DNA from: Nitrospinales bacterium
Lineage (GTDB): Bacteria; Nitrospinota; Nitrospinia; Nitrospinales; VA-1
Length of the DNA stretch: 64,000 bases
Assembly: GCA_965262115.1 (NCBI GenBank)
Contig: OZ253496.1
Coordinates: 192,001 to 256,000, forward strand
Reading direction: 5' to 3'
The translations under genes were made by a program, and so were the position numbers. Below the pieces are notes generated by a model, which saw nothing but the letters and a program-made list of their open reading frames with translations, did not search any database and was not told the origin of the DNA. Of this stretch, positions 52,166 to 62,729 are shown one piece after another; position 1 is the stretch's first letter; each line of letters begins with the position of its first letter.

Positions 52166-52702
52166 ATGAGTTCAACACTTCTAAATACAAAAGATATTTC
52201 CCGCGCAGTCAGCCGCATATCTCATGAAATTCTGGAACGCAATCATGGTGCCGGAAACATAGCCCTGGTAGGAATTCGAACCCGTGGTGTTGTCCTGTCC
52301 CAGAGGCTGAAGGAGAAAATAAAGGAAATAGAGAATGTGACGGTTGACCACGGGGTTCTGGACATCACGCTTTACAGGGACGATCTGGCAGTAGGAATTC
52401 ATAAACCAGAATTGAAAAAAACTGACATTTCTTTTGCTCTGGAAGACAAGCACATCATTCTCTGTGATGATGTTTTGTTTACCGGAAGAACGATTCGCGC
52501 AGCTATTGATGCCCTCATGGATTTCGGGCGTCCCTCTTCTGTCCAATTAGCGGTGTTGATAGACCGGGGTCATCGAGAATTGCCGATCAGGCCAGATTAT
52601 GTAGGCAAAAATATTCCCACGGCCAAGTCGAAACGCGTTCAGGTTCTATTTAATGAGGAGGATGGTGAAGACAAGGTAATTATTCAGGAGCAGTCCAACT
52701 GA
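52166..52702 (+). CDS. pyrR: PyrR regulator/uracil phosphoribosyltransferase
   Basis: LDITLYRDD, DDVLFTGRT, DRGHRELPIR. Confidence 0.97.
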   Translation: MSSTLLNTKDISRAVSRISHEILERNHGAGNIALVGIRTRGVVLSQRLKEKIKEIENVTVDHGVLDITLYRDDLAVGIHKPELKKTDISFALEDKHIILCDDVLFTGRTIRAAIDALMDFGRPSSVQLAVLIDRGHRELPIRPDYVGKNIPTAKSKRVQVLFNEEDGEDKVIIQEQSN

Positions 52703-53637
52703 TGCTTCTTTCAACTAAAAGCATATTAGACACAAAAGAATTGACGAAGCAGGATATCCAGCAAATTCTGGATACCGCAGAATCTTTTAAAGAAATATCT
52801 ACCCGTGCCATAAAAAAAGTTCCCACCCTTAGAGGCAAAACCATCATCAATCTATTTTTTGAGCCCAGTACTAGAACCAGAACTTCATTCGAGATTGCCG
52901 GAAAGCGTTTGAGTGCTGATGTGATAAATATATCCGGCTCTACGAGCAGTACCGTAAAAGGGGAAAACTTGATTGACACGGCTCGAAACCTGGAAGCGAT
53001 GAATCCGGATATACTGGTGGTTCGGCATCATTGTTCAGGCGCTCCTGCACTGTTGTCACAATTTGTGAACAGCCCGATCATCAACGCCGGCGATGGGTCG
53101 CATGAACATCCCAGTCAAGCATTGCTGGACCTTTTGACAATCCGCTCTCATAAGGGAGATTTGGAAGGCCTCAAAGTTGCGATTGTTGGCGACATCAATC
53201 ATAGCCGGGTGGCTCGTTCCAATATTAAGGCTATGCAAACCATGGGTATGAAAGTCCGCGTTGTTGGCCCTCCACCACTTATTCCTGTTGGTATGGAGCG
53301 TCTAGGTGTGGAGGTGAGCCACAATCTTTCTGAAGCCATTAAGGATGTGGATGTAGTCATGGTTCTTCGTATCCAGTTGGAACGGCAAAACCAGGGACTC
53401 CTGTCAAGCCTGCGGGAATACTCAAACTATTTTTGTCTGACTTCTGAAACTCTGGCTAAAGCGCGTGATGATATTCTCATAATTCATCCTGGGCCGGTCA
53501 ATAGAGGGATAGAAATTGCCCTGGATGTGATGGAGGGGCCCCGCTCTCTAATATTGAATCAGGTTACTAATGGGGTTGCTATCAGAATGGCTCTTTTTTA
53601 TTTATTATTGGGGGAGAATAATGCAAACCCTAATTAA
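52702..53637 (+). CDS. pyrB: Aspartate carbamoyltransferase
   Basis: FFEPSTRT, HEHPSQALLD, HPGPVNRG. Confidence 0.97.
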   Translation: MLLSTKSILDTKELTKQDIQQILDTAESFKEISTRAIKKVPTLRGKTIINLFFEPSTRTRTSFEIAGKRLSADVINISGSTSSTVKGENLIDTARNLEAMNPDILVVRHHCSGAPALLSQFVNSPIINAGDGSHEHPSQALLDLLTIRSHKGDLEGLKVAIVGDINHSRVARSNIKAMQTMGMKVRVVGPPPLIPVGMERLGVEVSHNLSEAIKDVDVVMVLRIQLERQNQGLLSSLREYSNYFCLTSETLAKARDDILIIHPGPVNRGIEIALDVMEGPRSLILNQVTNGVAIRMALFYLLLGENNANPN

Positions 53638-54916
53638 AAATGGCCAGGTCATTGACCCTGCAAACCAGATCGACGGTTCCTTTGATATTCTGATCAACAA
53701 CAGAAAAATCGAAGCTGTTGCGCCTCGGGGGAAAGTTCCTGCAAGTAAAATAAAAGATGCTCAAGTCATAGACGCAAAAGATTGTGTGGTTGCTCCGGGT
53801 TTCTGTGATATGCACGTGCATTTCAGGGAGCCGGGTCATGAATATAAAGAGACGATCGAAACCGGTAGTGCCTCGGCGGCGGCTGGAGGGTTTTCCACCG
53901 TAGCGGTTATGCCCAATACATCACCCGTCAACGATAGCCGCTCGGTTACAGAATTGATCTTCTCCAAGGCCAAGAAAACAGGCTTGGTCAATGTTCTTCC
54001 CATTGGAGCGATCACCAGGGGTTTAAAAGGTGAAACCTTGTCGGATATGGGCGAGTTAAAAGAATCTGGATGCATTGGTTATTCTGATGATGGAAAACCT
54101 GTCATGGATAGTGAACTGATGCGGAGGGCATTAGAATACAGCCGAATGTTTGACCTCCCATGCATACAGCACAGTGAAATCCTGGATTTGACGCGCGGGG
54201 GGAGCATGAATGAGGGCATTGTCTCTACAGAATTGGGATTAAAAGGAATGCCGGTTGAAGCAGAAGACATCATGGTGTTTCGCGATATTTGCTTGCTCCA
54301 AAAAACAGGTGGGCGACTTCATGTGGCGCATATAAGCAGTGGTGGGGCTGTGGATTTGGTTCGCCAGGCCAAGGCCAAAGGTCTTCCTGTTACTTGCGAA
54401 GTTGCTCCGCATCATTTCACCCTCACGGAAGAAGCCTGCCGCAATTATGATACCAACGCAAAAATGAGCCCTCCGCTGAGAACCGATGAGGATATGGAGC
54501 TGATTAAGGAAGGTTTGAGAGATGGAACCATAGATATGATTGCTACAGATCACGCTCCCCATGATCTTGCCGACAAACAAGTGGAGTTCAGCAATGCTTG
54601 TTTTGGAATCGTTGGTCTGGAGACCGCTCTTTCCCTGACGCTTAAATTAGTCGATGAAAAAGTAATCACATTGCAAAAAGCGGTGGATCTTCTCACCCAA
54701 CAGCCTTGCCGTGTTTTCAATTTAAATAAAGGAACTCTAGGGGTTGGAAAAGATGCGGACATTGTTATTGTTAATCCCGATACCCAGTACACCATAGACC
54801 CTGCAAAGTTTAAGTCTCGCAGTAAAAATTCCCCTTACAAGGGATGGAAGGTAAGAGGCAAAGTCCTTCATACCCTGGTGGCGGGGAAAACCGTATATTC
54901 TGCCCATAGTGAATGA
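53621..54916 (+). CDS. pyrC: Dihydroorotase
   Basis: DMHVHFREPG, MPNT, ATDHAPH. Confidence 0.96.
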   Translation: MQTLIKNGQVIDPANQIDGSFDILINNRKIEAVAPRGKVPASKIKDAQVIDAKDCVVAPGFCDMHVHFREPGHEYKETIETGSASAAAGGFSTVAVMPNTSPVNDSRSVTELIFSKAKKTGLVNVLPIGAITRGLKGETLSDMGELKESGCIGYSDDGKPVMDSELMRRALEYSRMFDLPCIQHSEILDLTRGGSMNEGIVSTELGLKGMPVEAEDIMVFRDICLLQKTGGRLHVAHISSGGAVDLVRQAKAKGLPVTCEVAPHHFTLTEEACRNYDTNAKMSPPLRTDEDMELIKEGLRDGTIDMIATDHAPHDLADKQVEFSNACFGIVGLETALSLTLKLVDEKVITLQKAVDLLTQQPCRVFNLNKGTLGVGKDADIVIVNPDTQYTIDPAKFKSRSKNSPYKGWKVRGKVLHTLVAGKTVYSAHSE

Positions 54917-54938
54917 ACATAGATCGAATTCCTGAAAA

Positions 54939-56066
54939 ATGAAGAAAGCATATTTAGCTCTGGCCGATGGAAAAGTCTTTGAAGGTGACCATTTTGGAGC
55001 CGAAGGAGAAGCTGACGCAGAAATTGTGTTCAATACCTGCATGTCCGGTTATCAGGAAGTACTCACCGACCCTTCCTATTGTGGTCAAATGGTGCTGATG
55101 ACCTATCCGCTTATTGGCAATTATGGCATCAACCCTCAGGACTTTGAGTCGGACCGCCCTCACCTTTCCGGTTTCATCATTAAAGAATTGAGTGGCATCG
55201 CCAGTAATTGGAGATCAAGAGAAACGCTGGATGAATTATTGAAAAAATTTGGCATCATTGGTATTCAAGGAATCGATACGCGTGCTTTGACCCGGCGTAT
55301 TCGTGAAAAAGGGGCTCAACAGGCAGTGCTGTCCACGGTACCCCAAGACCCAATAGAACTGGTTCGTAAGGCGCAGAATTCGTCAGGGTTAGTGGGCAAG
55401 GACCTGGTGAAAGAAGTGACTTGTCAGGAAGCCTATGACTGGGAGGAAGGAGAATGGGAAATTCTTGACGGCAAAACCTCTCTCAAGCCCGCGGTGGATA
55501 AAAAGAGCTTCGTGGTTGCCTACGATTTCGGAATAAAGAGGAATATATTAAGAAAGCTTGCGGATGCCGGTTGCCGTGTTCGTGTTGTTCCTGCATCTAC
55601 TCCGGCCAAAGAAGTGCTGGCTTTAAATCCGGGCGGCGTATTCTTGTCCAATGGACCGGGCGATCCAGCAGGTGTTCCCTATGCCATTAACAATATTAAA
55701 TTTCTCCTGGGTAAAGTTCCAATTTTTGGTATTTGTCTGGGACACCAAATTCTTAACCTGGCCTTAAACGGAAAAACATTCAAACTTCGGTTTGGGCATC
55801 ATGGAGGAAATCAGCCCGTAATGGATATCCCCTCGGGGAAAGTAGAAATCACTTCCCAGAATCACGGGTTTGCCGTTACCCATGATTCTGTTGAGTCTTC
55901 CATAGATGTGACGTCGGTCAATTTAAATGATCAAACAATTGAAGGCATTCGCCATAAAGAGTGGCCCGTTTTTTCCGTTCAGTATCATCCTGAAGCCTCG
56001 CCGGGGCCACATGATTCCAGCCATCTTTTTCAACAATTCACACAACTCATGAAAGTGGGAGATTGA
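54939..56066 (+). CDS. carA: Carbamoyl-phosphate synthase small subunit
   Basis: [25 protein letters not shown]. Confidence 0.97.
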   Translation: MKKAYLALADGKVFEGDHFGAEGEADAEIVFNTCMSGYQEVLTDPSYCGQMVLMTYPLIGNYGINPQDFESDRPHLSGFIIKELSGIASNWRSRETLDELLKKFGIIGIQGIDTRALTRRIREKGAQQAVLSTVPQDPIELVRKAQNSSGLVGKDLVKEVTCQEAYDWEEGEWEILDGKTSLKPAVDKKSFVVAYDFGIKRNILRKLADAGCRVRVVPASTPAKEVLALNPGGVFLSNGPGDPAGVPYAINNIKFLLGKVPIFGICLGHQILNLALNGKTFKLRFGHHGGNQPVMDIPSGKVEITSQNHGFAVTHDSVESSIDVTSVNLNDQTIEGIRHKEWPVFSVQYHPEASPGPHDSSHLFQQFTQLMKVGD

Positions 56067-56941
56067 TGCTCAAGGAAAATTTAGAGCAACTTTTCGAATT
56101 TATTGCCCAGCATATTCCCTCTGAACAAATCATGGAGGCAAAAAAAGAATACCAGAAGACCACTGGGAAAATCTACGAGGATGACAAGTCATACAATACG
56201 CGAATGGCCCTGTTTCTGGAATGGTACCTGCTAGATAATTATGTATCGGGGACTCACAACACTATCCTGGAAAATATAATTGAGGGAAACCAATCTGCAT
56301 GGACTCCTGACCGCCTGGAAATTTGCAAAAACATCTCCAATAATATTCAGGCACTTTTTGAGGTTAAAAAAGTTCGCGACAACTCGGTAACGGTTTTAGA
56401 TCTATTCAAAGATGAAAGGCACATGATTGCTGAGGAAGATTCAAAATTGGTATTTAGAAAAAATGATATTTTTCAAGGCCGGATTGTCCCTCATCAAGGC
56501 AAGTGGCATTTTACAGGATACTTCTGCTTTCACCCCAGTAAAACCCACCGATACATAAGAGGTGAAGTAAAAAAATTCTTTTTGCTCCAGAAATCCTGGG
56601 GAAAAGAACTTGCTGGTCTTGAAAAAGAATTATTAAAAAAGCAAAAAGGCTCTTTGAAAAATTCTAAATATATTGAAAAAATTAAAAGTAAAATCGAGCG
56701 CAGGGATTTTGACGCAAAGAAAGAGAGGTTAATAAAGGAACTATTGGCTCTGGAAGAAAATAGCAAAGAAATTGAAACCAGGACTCAGGAAACGGACAGA
56801 AAAATTGACCAGTTAAAAATTGAAACAATAAAGCTTGAAGGAAGAAGGTTGATTTCAGAATTGATCAATCGATTGGCTTATATGAATTTAAAGTGGGAAC
56901 GCTCCCGGCAAATAGAAATTTCTGATATTTATAAAAACTAA
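56063..56941 (+). CDS. Hypothetical protein with a coiled coil
   Basis: 292-aa ORF overlapping the carA stop and the carB start. Confidence 0.8.
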   Translation: MMLKENLEQLFEFIAQHIPSEQIMEAKKEYQKTTGKIYEDDKSYNTRMALFLEWYLLDNYVSGTHNTILENIIEGNQSAWTPDRLEICKNISNNIQALFEVKKVRDNSVTVLDLFKDERHMIAEEDSKLVFRKNDIFQGRIVPHQGKWHFTGYFCFHPSKTHRYIRGEVKKFFLLQKSWGKELAGLEKELLKKQKGSLKNSKYIEKIKSKIERRDFDAKKERLIKELLALEENSKEIETRTQETDRKIDQLKIETIKLEGRRLISELINRLAYMNLKWERSRQIEISDIYKN

Positions 56942-59900
56942 TGCCCAAACGAACGGATATAAAAAAAATTCTTCTCATTGGGGCTGGCCCCATTGTTATC
57001 GGCCAGGCTTGCGAATTTGACTATTCAGGGACCCAGGCCTGCAAATCGCTAAAAGAAGAGGGTTATGAAATCATTTTGGTAAATAGCAATCCTGCCACCA
57101 TTATGACTGACCCTGAGTTTGCGGACCGCACTTATATAGAGCCGGTCACTCCCGAGGTGGTTGAAAAAATTATTGCGCGTGACAGACCGGATGCTTTACT
57201 TCCAACAATGGGCGGTCAGACTGCCTTGAATGTGGCTTTGGCTCTTGCTGAAGGTGGAGTTCTGGAAAAATATAGTGTGGAAATGATTGGTGCCGATGTT
57301 GACACCATCAACAAAGCCGAGGATCGAAATCTTTTCAAAGAAGCCATGTTTCGCATCGGGCAGAAAGTTCCACCCAGCGGACATGCCGAATCGTTGGAGG
57401 AGGCTTGGAAGATTGTTGAGGATACGGGCTTTCCTGCCATCATCCGTCCGTCCTTCACATTAGGGGGAACAGGAGGGAGTGTCGCCTATTCCAAGGATGA
57501 TTTTGGGACACTGGTTGAGTTTGCGCTTAAAGCAAGCCCTGCCACTCAGGTGCTGATCGAAAAATCTCTCATTGGCTGGAAAGAGTATGAATTGGAAGTA
57601 ATGCGGGATCTGAAAGACAATGTGGTCATAATCTGCTCAATAGAAAACCTGGACCCCATGGGTATTCATACTGGTGACAGTATAACAGTGGCCCCCGCTC
57701 AGACGCTTACCGACAGAGAATATCAAATAATGCGAAACGCAGCGATCGACATTATCCGTGAAATTGGTGTAGAGACGGGCGGCTCCAATATCCAGTTTGC
57801 CGTCGATCCCGAGACTGGAGAGATGATAGTCATCGAGATGAATCCGAGGGTATCCAGAAGTTCGGCTTTGGCATCCAAGGCTACCGGTTTTCCCATTGCA
57901 AAATTTGCAGCAAAATTAGCGGTGGGCTATTCTTTGGATGAAATTAAGAATGATATTACACGGGTCACTCCGGCTTCTTTTGAACCGACCCTGGATTATT
58001 GTGTGGTTAAAATTCCACGTTTCACGTTTGAGAAATTTTTAAAAACTGAACCTATTTTGTCGACACAAATGAAATCGGTTGGTGAGGTCATGTCCATTGG
58101 TCGTACTTTCAAAGAAGCCCTGCAGAAATCTATCCGATCCATAGAAACCGGGCTTTATGGTTTTGAGGAGAATTTCCGTTTCAGTCTGAACCAGATTGGT
58201 TTGTCCCCGGAACAACAAAAAGAAAAACTTCTGGCTGCTCTGATTCTGCCATTTTCAGATAGGCTTTGGCATGTTGCCGCCGCTTTGCGAAGGGATATCT
58301 CCATCGACCAAATCCACCAGATTACGGGCATTGATCCCTGGTTTCTCGATAATATCGATTGCCTCATCAGTTTTGAGAAAGAAATAATACAATTGGATGA
58401 AGTTTCTAACTTGGATGATGAAACCCTTTTAAGTGCAAAGAAAATGGGTTTTTCTGACATCTATCTGGCAAGGCTTCTAAATTGTAATGAAAAGGATATT
58501 TTTCATCGTCGAACTGAGGCGGAGATCTATCCCGTCTTTAAGAGAGTGGATACCTGTGGAGCCGAGTTCGAGGCTTTTACGCCCTATTTGTACTCCACCT
58601 ATGAGGAGGAGTGCGAAGCAGATGTGACTGCAAGAAAAAAAATCATGATTCTTGGTGGGGGTCCCAACAGAATTGGACAGGGGATCGAGTTTGACTATTG
58701 CTGTGTTCATGCGTCTTTTGCTCTTAAAGAAGATGGTTATGAAACGATTATGGTCAATTGCAATCCGGAAACCGTGAGTACCGATTACGACACCTCCGAC
58801 AGGCTTTATTTTGAGCCTGTGACCTTCGAAGATGTCATGAATATCGTAAGGGTGGAAAAACCGGATGGTGTGATTGTTCAATTTGGAGGTCAAACTCCGC
58901 TGAAACTGGCGCTGGATTTGAAGAATGCTGGAGTGCCTATTATCGGGACAAACCCCGTCGATATTGATCGCGCTGAAAATAGAAAACTATTTAAAGAAGT
59001 TTTGGAAAAACTGGGACTCCGCCAACCTGCGAATGGAACCGCTGTTTCCTATCAGGAAGCCCGTGAAATTGCTGACGAAATTGGCTATCCAGTGGTCGTC
59101 CGCCCTTCTTATGTATTGGGTGGCCGGGCTATGGAAATTGTTTATAGCCAGGATCGCCTGGAATATTATATGCAACATGCGGTCAATGCATCTCCCGAGC
59201 ATCCAGTGCTTGTCGACGACTTCCTGGAAGACGCCATAGAAATAGATGTGGATGCCATTTATGATGGACAGGATGTAGTGATTGGTGGGGTGATGGAGCA
59301 TATCGAAGAGGCTGGAATACATTCTGGTGATAGTGCTTGTTCCCTGCCCACATTTTCCCTTTCATCCACAACGATTAATGAAATAAAAATACAAACCTGC
59401 GCACTGGCACGGGAACTTAAGGTTATCGGATTGATTAATATTCAATTCGCAGTTAAGGATGAAGCTGTTTATATTATTGAAGTGAATCCGCGCGCTTCGC
59501 GTACAATTCCTTTTGTGAGTAAAACTATCGGGGTTCCTTTGGCAAAAATTGCCGCCAGAGTTATGGCCGGAAAAAGCTTGCAGGAATTAGGTTTTACCGA
59601 GGAAATTTCCTTTCCTCATATCGCTGTGAAGGAGTCCGTCTTTCCATTTAATAAATTTCAGGATGTAGATGTCTTGTTAGGTCCTGAAATGAAGTCCACC
59701 GGCGAGGTTATGGGAATTGATACTCTTTTTGGCCGGGCTTTTGCGAAATCTCAATTGGCAACTGGGGTTAAACTCCCCTTGGAGGGCACTGCTTTTATCA
59801 GTGTTAAGGATTCTGACAAACCAAAAACCGTTGCTATTGGCAAAAGACTTCAGAAGTTGAGCTACAAAATAATCGCGACACGCGGCACTGCCGATTATCT

Positions 59901-60183
59901 GGAAAAAAATGGGGTTAAAGTATCACCCATCAATAAAGTTAAGGAAGGCTCCCCGCATATTGTAGAAGCCATTGAGGCAAAACAGGTCGATATTGTTATC
60001 AACACAGTATTTGGCGAACAGTCGATCAAGGATTCATTTTCCCTACGGCGAAGCTCGCTGAACCTGAATTTACCCTATTGCACGACTATAGCGGGAGCAT
60101 CGGCTCTAATGGGTGCTTTGAAATGTATCACGGAGAATGATCTAACGATTACCTCCATACAGGAGTATGGGGCGACATCTTGA
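56941..60183 (+). CDS. carB: Carbamoyl-phosphate synthase large subunit
   Basis: [15 protein letters not shown], duplicated ATP-grasp domains, MGS domain. Confidence 0.98.
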   Translation: MPKRTDIKKILLIGAGPIVIGQACEFDYSGTQACKSLKEEGYEIILVNSNPATIMTDPEFADRTYIEPVTPEVVEKIIARDRPDALLPTMGGQTALNVALALAEGGVLEKYSVEMIGADVDTINKAEDRNLFKEAMFRIGQKVPPSGHAESLEEAWKIVEDTGFPAIIRPSFTLGGTGGSVAYSKDDFGTLVEFALKASPATQVLIEKSLIGWKEYELEVMRDLKDNVVIICSIENLDPMGIHTGDSITVAPAQTLTDREYQIMRNAAIDIIREIGVETGGSNIQFAVDPETGEMIVIEMNPRVSRSSALASKATGFPIAKFAAKLAVGYSLDEIKNDITRVTPASFEPTLDYCVVKIPRFTFEKFLKTEPILSTQMKSVGEVMSIGRTFKEALQKSIRSIETGLYGFEENFRFSLNQIGLSPEQQKEKLLAALILPFSDRLWHVAAALRRDISIDQIHQITGIDPWFLDNIDCLISFEKEIIQLDEVSNLDDETLLSAKKMGFSDIYLARLLNCNEKDIFHRRTEAEIYPVFKRVDTCGAEFEAFTPYLYSTYEEECEADVTARKKIMILGGGPNRIGQGIEFDYCCVHASFALKEDGYETIMVNCNPETVSTDYDTSDRLYFEPVTFEDVMNIVRVEKPDGVIVQFGGQTPLKLALDLKNAGVPIIGTNPVDIDRAENRKLFKEVLEKLGLRQPANGTAVSYQEAREIADEIGYPVVVRPSYVLGGRAMEIVYSQDRLEYYMQHAVNASPEHPVLVDDFLEDAIEIDVDAIYDGQDVVIGGVMEHIEEAGIHSGDSACSLPTFSLSSTTINEIKIQTCALARELKVIGLINIQFAVKDEAVYIIEVNPRASRTIPFVSKTIGVPLAKIAARVMAGKSLQELGFTEEISFPHIAVKESVFPFNKFQDVDVLLGPEMKSTGEVMGIDTLFGRAFAKSQLATGVKLPLEGTAFISVKDSDKPKTVAIGKRLQKLSYKIIATRGTADYLEKNGVKVSPINKVKEGSPHIVEAIEAKQVDIVINTVFGEQSIKDSFSLRRSSLNLNLPYCTTIAGASALMGALKCITENDLTITSIQEYGATS

Positions 60184-60430
60184 ATTTACTTCTGTCAGTT
60201 TACCTTTCTACCGACACCAAGAGTTGCACTTACAACTTGAATTCAAGAATAATTTCAGCCAAATTTTATTTTTCATGGGTTTTATGGATTTTAAAAGGCT
60301 TAAGTTATATTACATATCGACAGATTCCCTTAAATCTATATCCCCATTCCGGAAATTTTTAATCTGAGACGATGTGAACTTCTTATCTCATTACTTGACC
60401 CAACCTTTTTCAACCAGTACAATCCATCGG

Positions 60431-61168
60431 ATGAAAAATGCTACTCCCATAATTATGTTGCTTGCCATGTTTTTCTTTCCTCATGTCCTTTTTGGTGCGG
60501 AGCCACCCTCGGATATGGTCCGAATCCAAGCTGGGTGCTTCATTATGGGTACCAATGACAACTATCTATATGAAGATTATGATGACAACACCAGGGAAAA
60601 ACCAGCCCATAAGGTATGCCTGGATGCATTTTATATGGACCGATTTGAGGTCACGCAACAGAAATGGGATGCAGTGATGAAAATGAATCGTTCTGTTTTC
60701 CACAATCCGGAACAACCTATTACGCATATGGACTGGCAGGAAGCGCAAAAATACTGCCAAAAAGTGGGTCGAAGACTCCCGACAGAGGCGGAGTGGGAGT
60801 ATTCTGCTCGTGCCGGGAGCCAGGCCCGTTTCCCTTGGGGGAACGAGATCGACGATGACTATCTTTGGTATGCAGGAAACTCACCTCGGAAACCTGCAAG
60901 TGTTGGCAAAAAAAAGCCCAATGCATGGGGGCTCTACGACATGGTTGGCGGGGTTTGGGAATGGGTGGAGGACTGGTTTTCCCTCCACTATTACCAAAAT
61001 AGCCCGGCGAAAAATCCCGCAGGTCCCCCTCGTCAAAGTTTTAGGGTTATTCGAGGTAATTCATGGATGAGCGAAGAACAACATTTGCGTATTACGGCCC
61101 GTCATCGGGGCATGTCTGATCCGACTGAATCCTATTGGGTGGGTGTCCGGTGTGCAATGTCTCCCTGA
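60431..61168 (+). CDS. FGE/SUMF1-family exported protein
   Basis: RLPTEAEWEY, NAWGLYDMVGGVWEW, GVRCA. Confidence 0.9.
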   Translation: MKNATPIIMLLAMFFFPHVLFGAEPPSDMVRIQAGCFIMGTNDNYLYEDYDDNTREKPAHKVCLDAFYMDRFEVTQQKWDAVMKMNRSVFHNPEQPITHMDWQEAQKYCQKVGRRLPTEAEWEYSARAGSQARFPWGNEIDDDYLWYAGNSPRKPASVGKKKPNAWGLYDMVGGVWEWVEDWFSLHYYQNSPAKNPAGPPRQSFRVIRGNSWMSEEQHLRITARHRGMSDPTESYWVGVRCAMSP

Positions 61169-61179
61169 AGGGCTAGAAA

Positions 61180-61815
61180 ATTAATAAGTCTAATATAAAC
61201 CGCCTATACCAAAAGCTTGCCAGAAACCTTTCTGAAGCAAAATCGGAGCTCGTATTCAAAAATCATTTTGAGCTTCTGATTGCGGTCATTTTAAGCGCCC
61301 AATCGACAGATCGAACAGTCAATAAAGTTACGCCCACCCTTTTTTCCTCATGCCCCACACCAGTCGAAATGCTGGCTCTGGGGCAGTCCAGGCTTGCAGG
61401 AATCATCAAACCCATAGGATTGGCCCCGGCTAAATCTAAAAATATTATAAACACCTGTAAAATTCTCATGGAGAAACATGATGGGCAGGTTCCTGGGTCC
61501 CGGGAAGAGTTGGAGCATCTGCCAGGCGTAGGCCGCAAAACAGCTAATGTAGTGTTGAATGAAGGATTCGACAAGCCTACAATCGCTGTAGACACTCATG
61601 TTTTTCGGGTCGCAAACCGAACGGGATTAGCCTACGGAAAAACTGTATTGGCGACCGAATTAAAACTTTTAGAGGTCACTCCTGAGAAATGGTTGAAAAA
61701 TGCCCATCGTTATCTAATTCTCCATGGAAGATACACCTGCACGGCCAAGAATTTTGATTGCCAAAAATGTGTTATTGAAAAGGAATGTGGTTTTACTGAA
61801 AAAACGGCCGTTTAA
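61180..61815 (+). CDS. nth: Endonuclease III (apparent ATT start)
   Basis: FELLIAVILSAQSTD, LPGVGRKTANVV, VDTHVFR, C-terminal Cys cluster. Homology extends 189 nt upstream of the track's start. Confidence 0.92.
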   Translation: MNKSNINRLYQKLARNLSEAKSELVFKNHFELLIAVILSAQSTDRTVNKVTPTLFSSCPTPVEMLALGQSRLAGIIKPIGLAPAKSKNIINTCKILMEKHDGQVPGSREELEHLPGVGRKTANVVLNEGFDKPTIAVDTHVFRVANRTGLAYGKTVLATELKLLEVTPEKWLKNAHRYLILHGRYTCTAKNFDCQKCVIEKECGFTEKTAV

Positions 61816-61823
61816 AAAAAGTC

Positions 61824-62726
61824 ATGAATTCTCCGCTGAATAATGTTGAAATAATTTTTAACAGAATAGGCAAGCAGTTGTCTGCTGAAAATGGGTTTGC
61901 CGCAAACCATTCTTTAGAAACACCGGATAAGAAATATTCTCTGGTTAAATTTATTCTGGGAGGAGGAAATCGGCTTAAGGCATTGATCTCAGCAGGAATT
62001 CATGGTGATGAGCCCGGGGGTGTGGAGGCCATCTGTGCTTTTCTTGAAAACAACCAGTTTGAAAAATTTGCAGATGAATGGGAGTTAACCTTTTTGCCCT
62101 GCCTGAACCCTTATGGCTATGAATATGGATCCAGGGAGAACCATGAAGGTAAAGACCTGAATCGACTATTCAAACATGATGCCCCGCCTTATGAAGTAGA
62201 GCTTTGCATAACCCGAGATTCTTCATCGCGTACGCTCTTCAGAATGACAAAATAGCTCTTTATTGTCATGCTGAGCTTGTCGAAGCATCTCGCTTTTCAG
62301 GTTTTTCGACTTATGCAAAGGTCTCCTTATGAAGTAGCATTTGCGAAATCTATTTTTGACAAATCTTATGATCTGACAATTGAGCTTCATGAAGACTTCA
62401 TGAGTCCCGGATACTATCTGTATCAAAAGGGTACCCATCCAGAGGATGATCATTTGGGTAAAAAAATCATACAAACCGCAAAGGACATCATGCCGATAAA
62501 TCTAAATAGAGAAATAGATGGTCGCTCTGCGCAAGAAGGAATTATGGTTCAGGAAACCGATTTCAAGTCCATGGATTGGTGGCCCATGGCTTTATATTCG
62601 TTCTTCAAAGGAACTAGAAGGTGCCTGACATTAGAAACCGCTACCAGCTTTTCGATGGATGTGCGGGTAGAGGCCCATTTAGTGGCTATTGATACAGCGT
62701 TGAATTATTTTTCCAGGAAAAAATAA
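61824..62726 (+). pseudogene. M14-family metallopeptidase/deacylase interrupted by a MITE
   Basis: AGIHGDEPGG, PCLNPYG, DLNR, ELHED, TLET; the halves are in the same frame, separated by a 138-bp insertion containing a stop. Confidence 0.88.
62197..62325. mobile_element. 129-bp MITE (IS5-type TIRs), copy 3
   Basis: TAGAGCTTTGCATAA...TTATGCAAAGGTCTC; TSD CTTATGAAG at 62188-62196 and 62326-62334; interior matches copy 1. Confidence 0.9.
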
Positions 62727-62729
62727 AAC

